Positions 24,579-35,620 of a DNA stretch of 64,000 nt are shown one piece after another. Position 1 is the first letter of the stretch. The number at the start of each line of letters is the position of its first letter. Source of the stretch: Rhynchopus sp. YZ270_cl-10 (taxonomy: Eukaryota); contig OZ037841.1 in NCBI GenBank assembly GCA_964035575.1, forward strand, positions 186,001 through 250,000, in the 5' to 3' direction. Below the pieces are notes generated by a model that saw nothing but the letters and a program-made list of their open reading frames with translations, had not been told where the DNA came from and searched no databases. Position numbers and translations under genes: made by a program.

Positions 24579-26306
24579 GGCTGGTGTGCCTGAAGCGTAA
24601 TTATGTTAGATTACAACTATCTAATACGTTGTCTCACCTTTTCTATTTCATTTTACTCTAACATAGTGTTACTACTCTGTTGTGATGTGTGTGTTTTGGG
24701 AGGGGTACAATGTTTTGCAAAAAAGGAAAAAATATATAGATTCTTTTCTTTGTTTTTATCGTGACATTATTTTCTTTTTTTTTGTTTTGTTTTTTTTGTT
24801 TTTTTTTCTGATTGAAGATGTTTTAAAATACCCGCATACTACCACTACCAAAAAATTTAAGACGATTTATAATACTACTACTACCAAAATATTGAAGACA
24901 CCTTAAGATACTACTACTACGAAAAAACCCGAAACCCTAGAAACCCACACCCCACAAACGTATTGCTATTTCTTTTACTTAAAGAGAGAGATGACATGGT
25001 AGAAAAAAATATTTAGTACAGCCTGCGCGTCATGCTCATCATACGGAGGTCGCTTAGCCGCAGGATTAGTGCCTACGGTAACAGCCATTCTTTGCAGGAT
25101 CATGTGCACTGCTTTCACTGGCATCCTCCTGTCTCTCAGAAAGCATTTTGTGGCGTCACATTCCAGGAAGAAGTATGGGCTTTTGAACCCCGTACGCACG
25201 CTCACATAGTTGTGAACGGCATCGTAAGCCGGAGTTCCCACTGGAATTGAGAATCTTTTTTGCTTCCCGCCGATCTTGTACTCGAATGTGGCACCATAAT
25301 CGTCACTTGTCATTGCAGTGGATTTCAGTGTTGCACACACGGATTCATTAATTCCTCCGCAGTAGAGGACAGCCACCACTGCCTTGTGCAGGGCTAGCTC
25401 TATAGGGCCAGCTGTGACAGGAAGGTCCAAAAACGTGTCAATGTCGTGCTGCAGCTGTTGCCTTTGGGTTTTGGGCATTTTTTTGTGTATGAATATGTGT
25501 ATGATTGACTGAGGTAGTGTGTGTGTTTTGGAAGCGTAAAATTACTTTACTAGTAGTAAAAAAACGAAATTTGAAGTGTTCTTTGTTTTTGTTCAGACAT
25601 ATTTCATTTTTGACAAACACCTCTGACGGAAGCAGGCACTAAAAACAATAAATAAAAAAAAACAAAAACTGTGACACCCCAGTTATTTTGTTTGCGGGTT
25701 TGCTCTGATAAATGTAGATACACCTTTTCTCTTTTTCTTTTTTTCCCTTTTTTTTTATGCAATCAACAACAAACTCCCCAAAAACAATGTTTTCTTCATC
25801 ACAAGAGATTTCTCTCCGGCTGGGAAGAAGTATCCAATACAAACCCAAACAAAAAACAATTTAAAATAGAAAAATAAACACTTCTTAGATCATTTGAACT
25901 GTGTTTTGGTGTTGAAGTTTTTTATTTGCTTTACTGCCAGTAATTGTAACTTCACTTCAACTTTTATCTTTTTCTTTTTCTTTTTTTCTTTTCTTTTTAT
26001 GCAATTAACAACAAACTCCCCAAAAATAATGTTTTCTTCATCACAAGAGATTTCCTTTGCAAAAACAAAAATTAACTGAGACAAAAAAACCCGCAAACCC
26101 GCAAGCCCACAAAGACATCTCCCCACTTATCGCTATTTTTTATTTGTTTTCTTATTTTATCCTTAATGTTCACAACTCTACCACACAAATCATTGCATCA
26201 ATAGACCTGTCACAGGCTCACCCTTGAATAAGTATTTAAACAAATACTTAACAACAAGGACCCCGCGCACTTCCTCATTGTTTCTGTGGCGCCGATATTT
26301 CAGGAG
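24579..26306 (-). mobile_element. Helitron-related cassette B, copy 3 (more diverged, runs into the gap)
   Basis: Homology resumes at GGCTGGTGTGCCTGAAGCG, preceded by inverted 8-mers GGTTTGCGGGTTTACGGGTTTACGGG (24555-24580). A Rep remnant lies at 26190-26306. Confidence 0.8.
24975..25478 (-). pseudogene. YR-like ORF copy 3 with a frameshifting ~8-nt deletion in the box-II region
   Basis: CGCTTAG-CCGCAGG versus CGCTTAGACGGTACCCTGCAGG in copies 1 and 2; the C-terminus is altered after NPA. Confidence 0.7.
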
Positions 26307-26506
26307 NNNNNNNNNNNNNNNNNNNNNNNNNNNNNNNNNNNNNNNNNNNNNNNNNNNNNNNNNNNNNNNNNNNNNNNNNNNNNNNNNNNNNNNNNNNNNN
26401 NNNNNNNNNNNNNNNNNNNNNNNNNNNNNNNNNNNNNNNNNNNNNNNNNNNNNNNNNNNNNNNNNNNNNNNNNNNNNNNNNNNNNNNNNNNNNNNNNNNN
26501 NNNNNN
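26307..26506. other. Assembly gap (200 N)
   Basis: Run of N. Confidence 1.
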
Positions 26507-29500
26507 GTTCTTTGGCCTCCTTCTCTTCATCCCCTTCTTCCTCCTTCTCCTTCTCTTCCTTCTTCTCCTCCGTCGGAGGTGCCGGCTTCGGTGTGCTGAA
26601 GACTGTGCTCGCAAAGTTCTCCACATCAGACACCCGTGTAGTGATCTGCTCCGCTGTTATACGGTAGTCTTTTTCCCGTGGCGTTGTGTCAGCGTGCTTC
26701 TTCTCCTTTTTGAGGAAGTCGCGCGTTGTGGACGACTTTTGGAGGACTTCTTTGAGCTTTGATTTGTCGATGTGTGCAGAGGCTGGATTCATGAGATGTC
26801 TGTTTGCGTCAGAAGAGATTTTCAGCAGAGACGCCTCTGCGTCCTTGAAGAGGAAGGGGAGCTCCTCGCGCAGTCGCTTCCGCAGACTCGCTGCATCGCC
26901 CTCCTTGCGCAGGTCTGCAAGCTTCTGCACGTACTCAGCCTTGTCCACGTCCTCTCCGTCCCCGTACACCCACTCCACCGCCAAATCGCAGTCCTTCTTG
27001 AAAGTGTTTCTCGCTTTCGCAGACATGTACCCAAAGAGCTCACCCCCATCCTCCGCCTTCGACCGGAACTCATATGAATACGCCTCCACAGCGTTCTTAG
27101 CGTTCTGAGTCTCCAGCAGCGTGCGGTCCTTGTTGTGCATGGTTGCCTCGAGCGCTTTTAAGTCTGCGACCTGGGTCACAGTGAGGCCATGGCTGAACTG
27201 CGTGGTGATGGTGACGTCGATACGGCGAGTGCGTTTCTTCAGGACCACCTCGCTCGGGGTGTCAGAGTCCTTCTCAGCATCGGGCTTCGGCACCGTCACT
27301 GCCTCTTCGTATTCCTCAGAGACACTAGCTGCATCGATGGTAACGAATCCGCTGGTGTTCAGACGGAACCGCACTGCCACTTTGACGGGTTTCTCTGGGT
27401 CAACTTCACCCTTAATATCTTTGTAAGGAGGCAGGTCGCTGAAGGTCCAGTGCCCAAGAAGCAGGGATCCGTTGGCATCCATCACCTCTTCGCAAGGTTC
27501 TTTGTAGTATGTGAACAAGTCAAAGGCGCCCTTGCGTGAGAAGGTGAGGTCGTACACCTTTGGGAAACTGCAGTTGTGTGCGTAGAGGGTCGACTGTTTG
27601 TTGATCGACGTGATGAACGGGACTGGTGACGGTGCAGTGGAGCTTGCTGCGTGGTAGCCGATCATGATGTCGTTCACAAGCGCGTCGTGCACCTGGAAGT
27701 CGACGCGTACACGGGGTGAGAGGATGGCGCCAATGAGCCCGCACCCCTTCGCAACAGCCTCAGACACGTTCATTGTCGAGACAATGCTCTTCTTGTACGC
27801 ATCAGCAAGGATGCCGCGCACCTTTGGGATGTAAGACCCCCCGCCCACAAGCTCCACAGAGTGCAGGTTCGCAATGTCGACACCTTCGCCCGCCCGAGCA
27901 ACGAGGGCCTCCATTCGGTCGTAGAGTGGCTTGGAGATTAGCTCGAAGTGCTGAAGAGAAATGTGGAAAAGGGAGGTGAATGTGTGCCAAAAAAAGAGGT
28001 GTGTCTTACATACGTCGCGCTGGTAGTTCGGGAACGAGATGTCTATGTCGTCCATGATGCACTCGACGTTGAGTGAGACGCACGGGTTGGCGGAGAGGGT
28101 GATGCGCAGCTTCTCGCACCCGGCCATGAGGCGGAGCTTTGCCTTCTTCTGCTCAAAGACGTCCATCTTGTACTTCGTCTGTGAAGAGGAAAGGTACCAA
28201 TAAGACATTTGTCAAAGAGGGCCACCTGATTTTTACCCCGCGGATAGGCCCGGATAGGTCCGAATAGGCCCGGATAGGGCCGGATATGGCCGGATAGGAC
28301 CGTACAGGCCAAACCCCACGTATTTTTCCCATACGTACTGTGTACTGTGTACTGGGCACTGTGTACTGGGCACTGTGTACTGTGTACTGGGTACTGGGTA
28401 CTGGGTACTGGGTACTGGGTACTGGGTACTGGGTACTGGGTACTGGGTACTGGGTACTGGGTACTGGGTACTGGGTACTGGGTACTGGGTACTGGGTACT
28501 GGGTACTGGGTACTGGGTACTGGGTACTGGGTACTGGGTACTGGGTACTGGGTACTGGGTAGCTACGTTAGAGATCTGTTTCATTCTCGGCAGCAATCTT
28601 CTTCGCAAACTCCAAGACAAAGGGTTGGAAGAGGAAGTCGGATTGGGCTGTGGAAGTTTCGGGCTGCTGTTCCACCCCGCAGATGATCGTTTGTCATCCG
28701 CATGCCCCCAGAGTCCTTCAGCACTCTTCTCATATTTGATAGGGCTTTCCGTTGTGGAGCACATCAATACTGTGAGACGAACCTCATCTGTGTTGAACCA
28801 TTTGCAATGTTCTTCAACTTCCAGTGCAAAATCTTGCGACGAAATTAGCACACCTTTGAACAACTATTCTTCGTCTTTTTTGTCGGAAAATAGACCGCAT
28901 CACGTTCTGCACACCTCTGGATCTTCTTCGCTACGTTAGTGCGATACGCGCAGAGGGAGGAGTCCACCCCTTTGCTCCCGTGAACTTGTACTGTTTGTCC
29001 GATGTTTTCTTTGGCACAAGAGTGATGAACGGGGTTTGAGTGAGTCCAAACACATCCTTCTCAGGCAAAGAGTAATAAGAGGTTGTGAGACGCTCGGGAC
29101 GCTGCGAATGCAGCGTCACTTACCCCATGCATCGGTAGATGAGAGCCAGCACCTTCAGAGCAGTGAACACAACACTGGGCGCAAAATTCATGTGCCAAAA
29201 GGCAACAAAACCCTACAAGGAGTACACAGTACACAGTACACAGTACACAGTACACAGTACACAGTACACAGTACACAGTACACAGTACACAGTACACAGT
29301 ACACAGTACACAGTACACAGTACACAGTACACAGTACACAGTACACAGTACACAGTACACAGTACACAGTACACAGTACACAGTACACAGTACACAGTAC
29401 ACAGTACACAGTACACAGTACACAGTACACAGTACACAGTACACAGTACACAGTACACAGTGCAAAAATAGTTTTTTTCTGATTTTTCGACCCCGCGGAT

Positions 29501-30847
29501 AGGCGCGGATAGGTCCGGATAGGCCCGGATATGGCCGGATAGGGCAAGGATAGACCGGATAGGGCCAAAAGCCGGTTTTTTTTTGGGGGCAAAATCAGGT
29601 GGGAGGGGTGCAAAAAGCAAGGGAGAAAAAGTGGAAGATCCACTTCACTTTCGAAAGATTTGTTGTGTACCTGAATTTCTTTTCTGAAGTGGTCTACAAG
29701 ACACATGTCGAAGTCTCTGCACCCCAGGTTCTTGTCGTACACGTGCGAGAGCACCTTCATGTTCCCCATCCAGAACCGCACTGTTGTAATGTAGGTTGCG
29801 GAGTGCCCGAAGTCGCAGAACTGCACCACGTGGCCGTTCTCTTCCTGTTGGGGTGTTGTTAATTTTTTTTTAATTTGATGGTGAGTCAAGGTTTCGCATC
29901 AATGCACGAAGGCTATGGTACGCAACCCCACTCCCTCATACCTCCTCGGGCAACTCCTGGAAAATCCCCCACGCAAGCGCCACGGACGTGCCCTCAGTCA
30001 CGAGCGTGAGGCAGTTGAGCCCTGCAATCTCTGCGGCCTGTGTGAGCAGCTTCCGCTGGAAGGCACTGTAGTAAGGTGGGCAGGAGAGCACAAAGTCGAC
30101 GAGGTGGATGCCTGATGTCTGGCCGGACTCGGCTGCGTCTGCGTTGGCCTCCCTGTCTGCGTACGTGCAGAGCTGGTTGAGCATCATCGCGATAAGCTGC
30201 TCGGGACGGTACGCCTGCTGCGCCTCCTCGTACTCCACGTTCACAAGCACAAAGCCGTCCGCACCCTCGCTCGTACGGAACAGACAGAACTTCTCCTCCG
30301 CTGCCCACTCCGCCGACGCATGACGCACACCCACAAGACGCTTCAGGTTCGTCACAGTGTTCTTGAAGTTGCGAACCTTCATGTCGGCGCCCTGTTGTGT
30401 GTGGGGATAAGTGAGTTATTTTTGTTTGTTTTAAACCGAAATGCCGTTGTCAAGAGAGAGGAAAGTCTTTTCGGTGTTTGACTTTAAAGGTAGTGCAGAC
30501 TCTTCAGTTGTGGTGATGAAGAAAATAAGGGTGTATAATCAACACTGTATCGGGTAGTGGTGAGTGTGTACCTTCTCTCCGATCATTCGCCCTTCTTTGT
30601 CGGTGCCGAAGGAGATGTACGTTGCGGTCTCGCGCTTGCTGACCTCGTTGATGATGACATCGATGCCCTTCCGCCGTGCGATGCTCACGGTGGAGTTCTG
30701 TTGTGTTTGAAAGTAAAATGTGAGTAGTTCCTGAGAGACGAAACATTGCCTATCGTGTGTTGTGTTGCAATATATTCTGCTTTTATTGCGACGCTGTGCA
30801 AAGGTGTAACATACCAAGTTCCCCAAATCAATTCCGAACACCGCCAT
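26507..30847 (-). CDS. HSP110: Hsp110/SSE-type Hsp70-family chaperone; exons 30847-30815, 30697-30572, 30391-29942, 29844-29671, 28178-28014, 27950-<26507 (3' end in gap)
   Basis: VFGIDLGN, GIDVIINEVSKRET, NFKNTVTNLKRLVG, AAEIAGLNCL, FCDFGHS, LGCRDFD, VELVGGGSYIP, NVSEAVAKGC..AILSP and AKNAVEAYSYEFR. All five introns are GT-AG, phase 0. Confidence 0.93.
28335..28560. repeat. (GTACTGG)n 7-mer array
   Basis: Directly visible; begins with GTACTGT variants. Confidence 0.95.
29221..29461. repeat. (AGTACAC)n 7-mer array, the reverse complement of (GTACTGT)n
   Basis: Directly visible. Confidence 0.95.
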
Positions 30848-31140
30848 CGAAATACCAAACACCTGAAAGAAACATTTGGGTTGGGAGAAGCTAGGGTGGA
30901 GAACAAAATTGAAAATCAGCGAACTATTTTTTGGTTATACTTTCTAACTCAGAACTGTTTTTTTTTTTTAAATCTTGTGTAAATATACTTTCCCACTCCC
31001 TGTCCCACAGGAGCCTTTACCATTGAGACTCTGCTCTCACAGCAACACACTGCCAGGAATCCCTTTCTGGGATCGCCTGACAGATGTTTTTGTTTTTCAA
31101 AATCTTGCTTGCTGCCAACTCTCTCCTTCCCCTTCCCATT

Positions 31141-33009
31141 TCAGTCTGGCGGGAACGCAGGTGACATCGGCAGCACGAAGGCACTCTTCTTGAGACGTGC
31201 CTCTGCCATTTCGCGTTCAACCATCTTCCACCCTTTGCGGATGTGCGTCTCAACATCCTCTTCGGTGAGCGTAAGGCGAAGCAGCGGTGCGTGGCCGTAG
31301 TCACGCTTGGGGATGGGGATGAGGTGCTGGGAGGACTGCGAGACGCAGCAGGCGAAGTCGTAGTCCTCCATCTTGTGCGTGTAGCGGCGCACAGCCTCGT
31401 CGTACGCGTCGAGTGCAGCCACGTGAGCACGCCGTTTCATCATCAGGATTTCGAACAGCTTGCGCCGCCTGTACTCCTCGGGACACCGGATGGTCCTCTT
31501 CAGGTCTTGGCAGTCCTTCGATATAGCCGACATCAAATCCTCCTCCTGGCTCGACGGCTGCCCCACCCCCCTCGGCTGCTGCCCCCTCGGCGCAGCAGCG
31601 GACGTACGTCGCAGCAGTGCCGCCTTCACCTTCTCAGCCTCCTTCGTCCGCTGCTGGCGTGAGATACGCTCCTCCAGCTTGCACCACTGCAGCGAGAGAA
31701 CGTGCAGCTGGAAACGGCGCTTCCGCCCCACCTGCAAGATGAAGCGCTGCAACGACCGGATCCGCGAAAAGAAGTGTCCACACGCGACGCGGAAGCGCAG
31801 CGAGATGTCCTCCCTCAGGAGCAGCAGTGCGTCCTTCATCGTCGGCGTCGCAGCGACCCGATGCCTCAGGCGGTAGGCGTGTATCATTAGAGCACCACGA
31901 CGCTTGCGGATCTCGTCCACCACTTGGGTCAGCTTCTCGAACTTCAGCTTTTGAATACGTGCCTTCCAAACGTGACGCTGGATGCGCCTCGCTGCCTCAT
32001 CGCGGATCGCGTCTTGGCGCTGCTCTAAGACGCGTTGGTGCAGCCTAATGAACAACGTGCTTCTGTTGATGAGGCGCGCAAGAACGTGCCACTTCAGTGC
32101 TATCTGCGCCCTCTCGCCACAGGACCGTGTTGCAGCCACCCTGGCGGATTCTTCCTTCGTCCGCTTCGCCTCCACCCATCGTTCAATGCGCTTTGTGGAC
32201 CGCGTCACCTTCGTCTCGACCTGCGCCTGCCGCTGTGTGTCGTCAGCAAGCTTGCGGTCCCTGACGTTCACACTGCGACGCTGCATGACCTGTGTCGAGG
32301 CGACCTGGTTCTGTGTCAGCATCTCCTTTGTGAGGAGCAAGACCTCAGCCGCGTTGTCCTTGACGAAGTCTTTGCGGCGGCCGTGTGTATGCCTGCGCTC
32401 GCGCTGCTTGGCCCTGCGGACTTGCTTCGAAAAGAGGTTTACGTGTGTAGGGTTTGCCCGCAGCATTGCCAAGGTGCTCAGGTGGTACGCTGCGTGGTGG
32501 TTGTGCGACAGCTGTGCGGCTGCCATTTCATGGTAGCTATCGAGGTCGCCTGCCCGCAGTGTCGCCTCCATCTGCTCCGTGCATGAGGGCACGGCCTCGA
32601 CACGTCCAGCACGCACCACTTTCTCCGCACCCGCAGGCGACTTGGCCTTGAGCACGTCACACCCCCCTCCCTGCAGCAATGGATTCAACTTCGCCGTCAG
32701 CGACATTACCTCATTCATGACCTCGACGGCGGGGTTGGTTGGGAGCGGAACGTCGCGCTTTGGTGAGCAGAAGGACTCTGAGAAGGTTTCCTCGTGTGTG
32801 ATGGTGTTGACTGGTGTACGGTTCGCCTTGCGTGTGAGGAAGCTGCAGCTCGACGTCGGGCGTGACGGTACCAAGCGGCGTGCGGGCTGCCGCATGAGGT
32901 CGTTGATGGTGAGCGGTGTGTAGTCCTCAAGCAGTCCCAACTCCTGCGGTGGGTCCACCTCCGTGCAGCAACTGCTCAGGCCGTGGAACCAGCCTTTGCC
33001 TTCGTACAT
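31141..33009 (-). CDS. Hypothetical basic coiled-coil protein with IQ-like motifs (622 aa)
   Basis: Long GC-rich ATG-initiated ORF; AARRIQRHVWK and IRSLQRFIL resemble IQ motifs. Confidence 0.75.
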   Translation of the reverse strand: MYEGKGWFHGLSSCCTEVDPPQELGLLEDYTPLTINDLMRQPARRLVPSRPTSSCSFLTRKANRTPVNTITHEETFSESFCSPKRDVPLPTNPAVEVMNEVMSLTAKLNPLLQGGGCDVLKAKSPAGAEKVVRAGRVEAVPSCTEQMEATLRAGDLDSYHEMAAAQLSHNHHAAYHLSTLAMLRANPTHVNLFSKQVRRAKQRERRHTHGRRKDFVKDNAAEVLLLTKEMLTQNQVASTQVMQRRSVNVRDRKLADDTQRQAQVETKVTRSTKRIERWVEAKRTKEESARVAATRSCGERAQIALKWHVLARLINRSTLFIRLHQRVLEQRQDAIRDEAARRIQRHVWKARIQKLKFEKLTQVVDEIRKRRGALMIHAYRLRHRVAATPTMKDALLLLREDISLRFRVACGHFFSRIRSLQRFILQVGRKRRFQLHVLSLQWCKLEERISRQQRTKEAEKVKAALLRRTSAAAPRGQQPRGVGQPSSQEEDLMSAISKDCQDLKRTIRCPEEYRRRKLFEILMMKRRAHVAALDAYDEAVRRYTHKMEDYDFACCVSQSSQHLIPIPKRDYGHAPLLRLTLTEEDVETHIRKGWKMVEREMAEARLKKSAFVLPMSPAFPPD

Positions 33010-33160
33010 TGTGTGCCGTATTAGCTTTTTGTATCATCTGGAAAGGAAAAATGGTCGGAAATCAACAAAACAAGACGTAAAAAATAACGAACATTCACAT
33101 TTTCTTACATAACTACAAGGGGGTTAGAGAGGTTGGGGAATACAAAAAATAATACTCACA

Positions 33161-35620
33161 TCACGCATCCTCCTCGTGTTGTCGTGGAGGTGACGCACAC
33201 GGCTGCACAGGCTCAGCTCTGTTCCTCTCGACCTCTGCAAACGCGCCGCGCATGTCTGAGACGTGCTGTTCGGCCCTTCGTGACGCATCCTGCAACTTGC
33301 CGCGGAAGTCTGCTGTGCTCATGAGGATCGGCGGCTTCGAGCCTGAGGAGAGGTGGAAGGGGACGGGCACCGTAGGGCGCACAGCACCACTACCCGCCAC
33401 CTCCACAGCCCCGTCCAGCGGCACCGCCACGCTCTTGTTCTTCAACATGCGCAGCTCCCGCCCAACGTTCCCTACCATCGCGGACACCCTGTCCAGCCCA
33501 AGCCGTGGTGCCGACCCACGCACCATCCTCATGTGCAGATCCTTCAAAGCCTTCAGCAGGCGTGCTGCGTCGTGTGTCGGGAGTGGTGGATCCGCACGGC
33601 GCCACCGTGTGTAGTGCACGAAGAGCTCTGGGCCCAGGAGCGCAGCGTCCTCGGGGGCTACGATCTGGCTGTGCTGTGGGGAGTGCGTGGACCCGACGTG
33701 CGCGCTACCAGGGATGCGTGGGGAGGCGCGGCTGAAGCCTCTCTGTGGGGACGACGCAGAGGGCGACAACGAGAGGCGTGGGTCGTTGTCCCTCTGGCGT
33801 GCCGCCACACGCTGAGCGGCCGCGTGCTGCGAGACGGCCGTGTCCATGAGCTCCTGCTCCAGACGCATCTCCATGCTCCCAATCATGCTGCGTACACGCT
33901 GCCGCTCCTCCTCCGCCGCCACAGCACGCTCCTCCTCAGCCTCCGCCACTTCTTTCTCCTGACGTCGCAGGGCAAGCTCCGCCTCACGCGGCATGCGCAC
34001 CTGGCGCCACAGAAACGCCTTCTCCCCTCCACCCGGCTGCACCCGCACATTCGCCGTCGGGCTTGCAAGGACATAAAAGTTTGGGTCCTCATCTGCCCGT
34101 TTCAGCAAAGGGTCACCTAAAATGGCACGCACCACACCAGACTTCCAAGGGTCTGTGTCGTGGTCACGCACCTCAACAACGTCCAGAATGTGGATGTTCG
34201 GGTCTGCCTCCAGCGCTACTGTCGCGTCCATGTCGCTGACGGCGTCGGTGCTGACACCGTGTTGATGCGACGAGGGGGGGAGCGAGCTTCGCAAGGAGCC
34301 GCCACGGAGCTGCTGTCGCACGCGTTCACTTCGGAGGGCGGGGCGGGCGGGGTACTCGGGGAGGAAGTCGTCGAAGGGGACACGCGTGGCACCGAGCATT
34401 TGTTGCAGCGCACCACCACCACCACTGCCTACCTCATCTGGCCGCAGGTAGTCTGGCGTGGTATGCGCCGGCGCACCACAACACAGCATCTGCACCATGG
34501 ACGAGAGCTCTTCCCCGGTGATGTCGCCACCCAGGTGGGTATGCGACTCAGCGCTACCACCACGACCTGCACTGGACACTGCAGAGACGTCTTCACGTGG
34601 GAAGCTAGGTCGCGGTGGTATCGGCCGTCTGGAAGGCGAGCCTGCTGGGGGTGAATGTGGTGCGGGCGAAGCATGTGTGGGGCTGGTGTCGTCTGTGTGC
34701 GCGGCAGTGGTGTCCGAGAGGGCAAGCACCTGGGCGTCGGGCGCCACGTGGCAGACAGTGAGCAAAAACGCTTTCTTATCGTGCGCACTGCGGAAGCGCA
34801 GCGTGAAGTCACTCCCAATGCGGTCCTCTTTGTTCCAGCACATCTCCACGCTCAGACCGGTGTCGTCTTTGATCTGTTGGAAGGAGAGGTTTTGGTGGAT
34901 GGACGCTGCGACGTGTACGTAAGAAGGCATTAGGTATGAAGTACTAACGTTCTGTTGGCAATGATGCAAAAATGAAAAATGCAAAAATAAGAGCTGGTTT
35001 GCCATTTGCTCTGCCATTTTATTTTTGTACATCGTGTGCCGTGGGGAGCGGTGGGGAGAGACGCATACCACTGCCTGCTTCAGATCTGCCAGCAAAAAGC
35101 GCACATTATTGAAACTGCCTGTATCCAACGCCTGTGGGTGGTGATTATAAAATGTGTTGTTTCCTCCCGGGGATTTGTTTTTGTCTTGCATACCGATTTT
35201 GGAAATTTGTAAAATGCATTATCTGTGACGACAACCACCCGCTGCAACGTGATCCCACCTGGGACGAGCTCTGGGACGCAGACGGAAAAAAACACTTCTC
35301 GATCGCCGTGGTGCTGTTAGGCGTTGTGGTTGGGTGTACGGTCTTATGGGTTTGTGGTGTTTGAACTCAGTGGAGAGGATTGCCTAAGTAAGGGCTACCT
35401 TGAACACTGGTGACAATCGTTGTGCAATCCCAAGATGAATGATCAGAAAAATGGATACAAACCAAGAATTCCAAAAAGGAAGAGAGCAGAGAGCGGAAAC
35501 AAAAAAACATACCTCGAGATATTCACGGATGTGCACGTTCCCGACGACGTCCTCCATGTCCAGCTTCTGTGCTGTCAGCAGCGGAACATCGGCCTCGATT
35601 CCTTCATTTTCTACAATCAT
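33161..35620 (-). CDS. Multi-exon hypothetical protein with probable N-terminal PH-like domain and C-terminal coiled coil; 5' exon structure approximate
   Basis: Long ORF 33161-~34920 (DFTLRFRSAHDKKAFLLTV) plus upstream coding-like fragments LQRVVVVTDNAFY (~35210-35295) and MIVENEG..IREYLE (35513-35620) followed by a GT donor. Confidence 0.6.

Larger units (their letters stand above)
28222..29602. mobile_element. Non-autonomous TIR element in Hsp110 intron 4, 5-bp TSD GAGGG
   Basis: TIR CCACCTGATTTT / AAAATCAGGTGG; GAGGG at 28217-28221 and 29603-29607; subterminal CGGATAGGCC-type 10-mers at both ends. Confidence 0.85.

Noticed and set aside
26190..28208. Apparent Hsp110-Rep fusion ORF
   Set aside because: Artefact of reading through the 200-N gap; true adjacency of the Helitron cluster and Hsp110 is not demonstrated.
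28340..29620. VLGTGYW, STQYTVH and VLCTVYC ORFs
   Set aside because: Translations of 7-mer arrays inside an intron.
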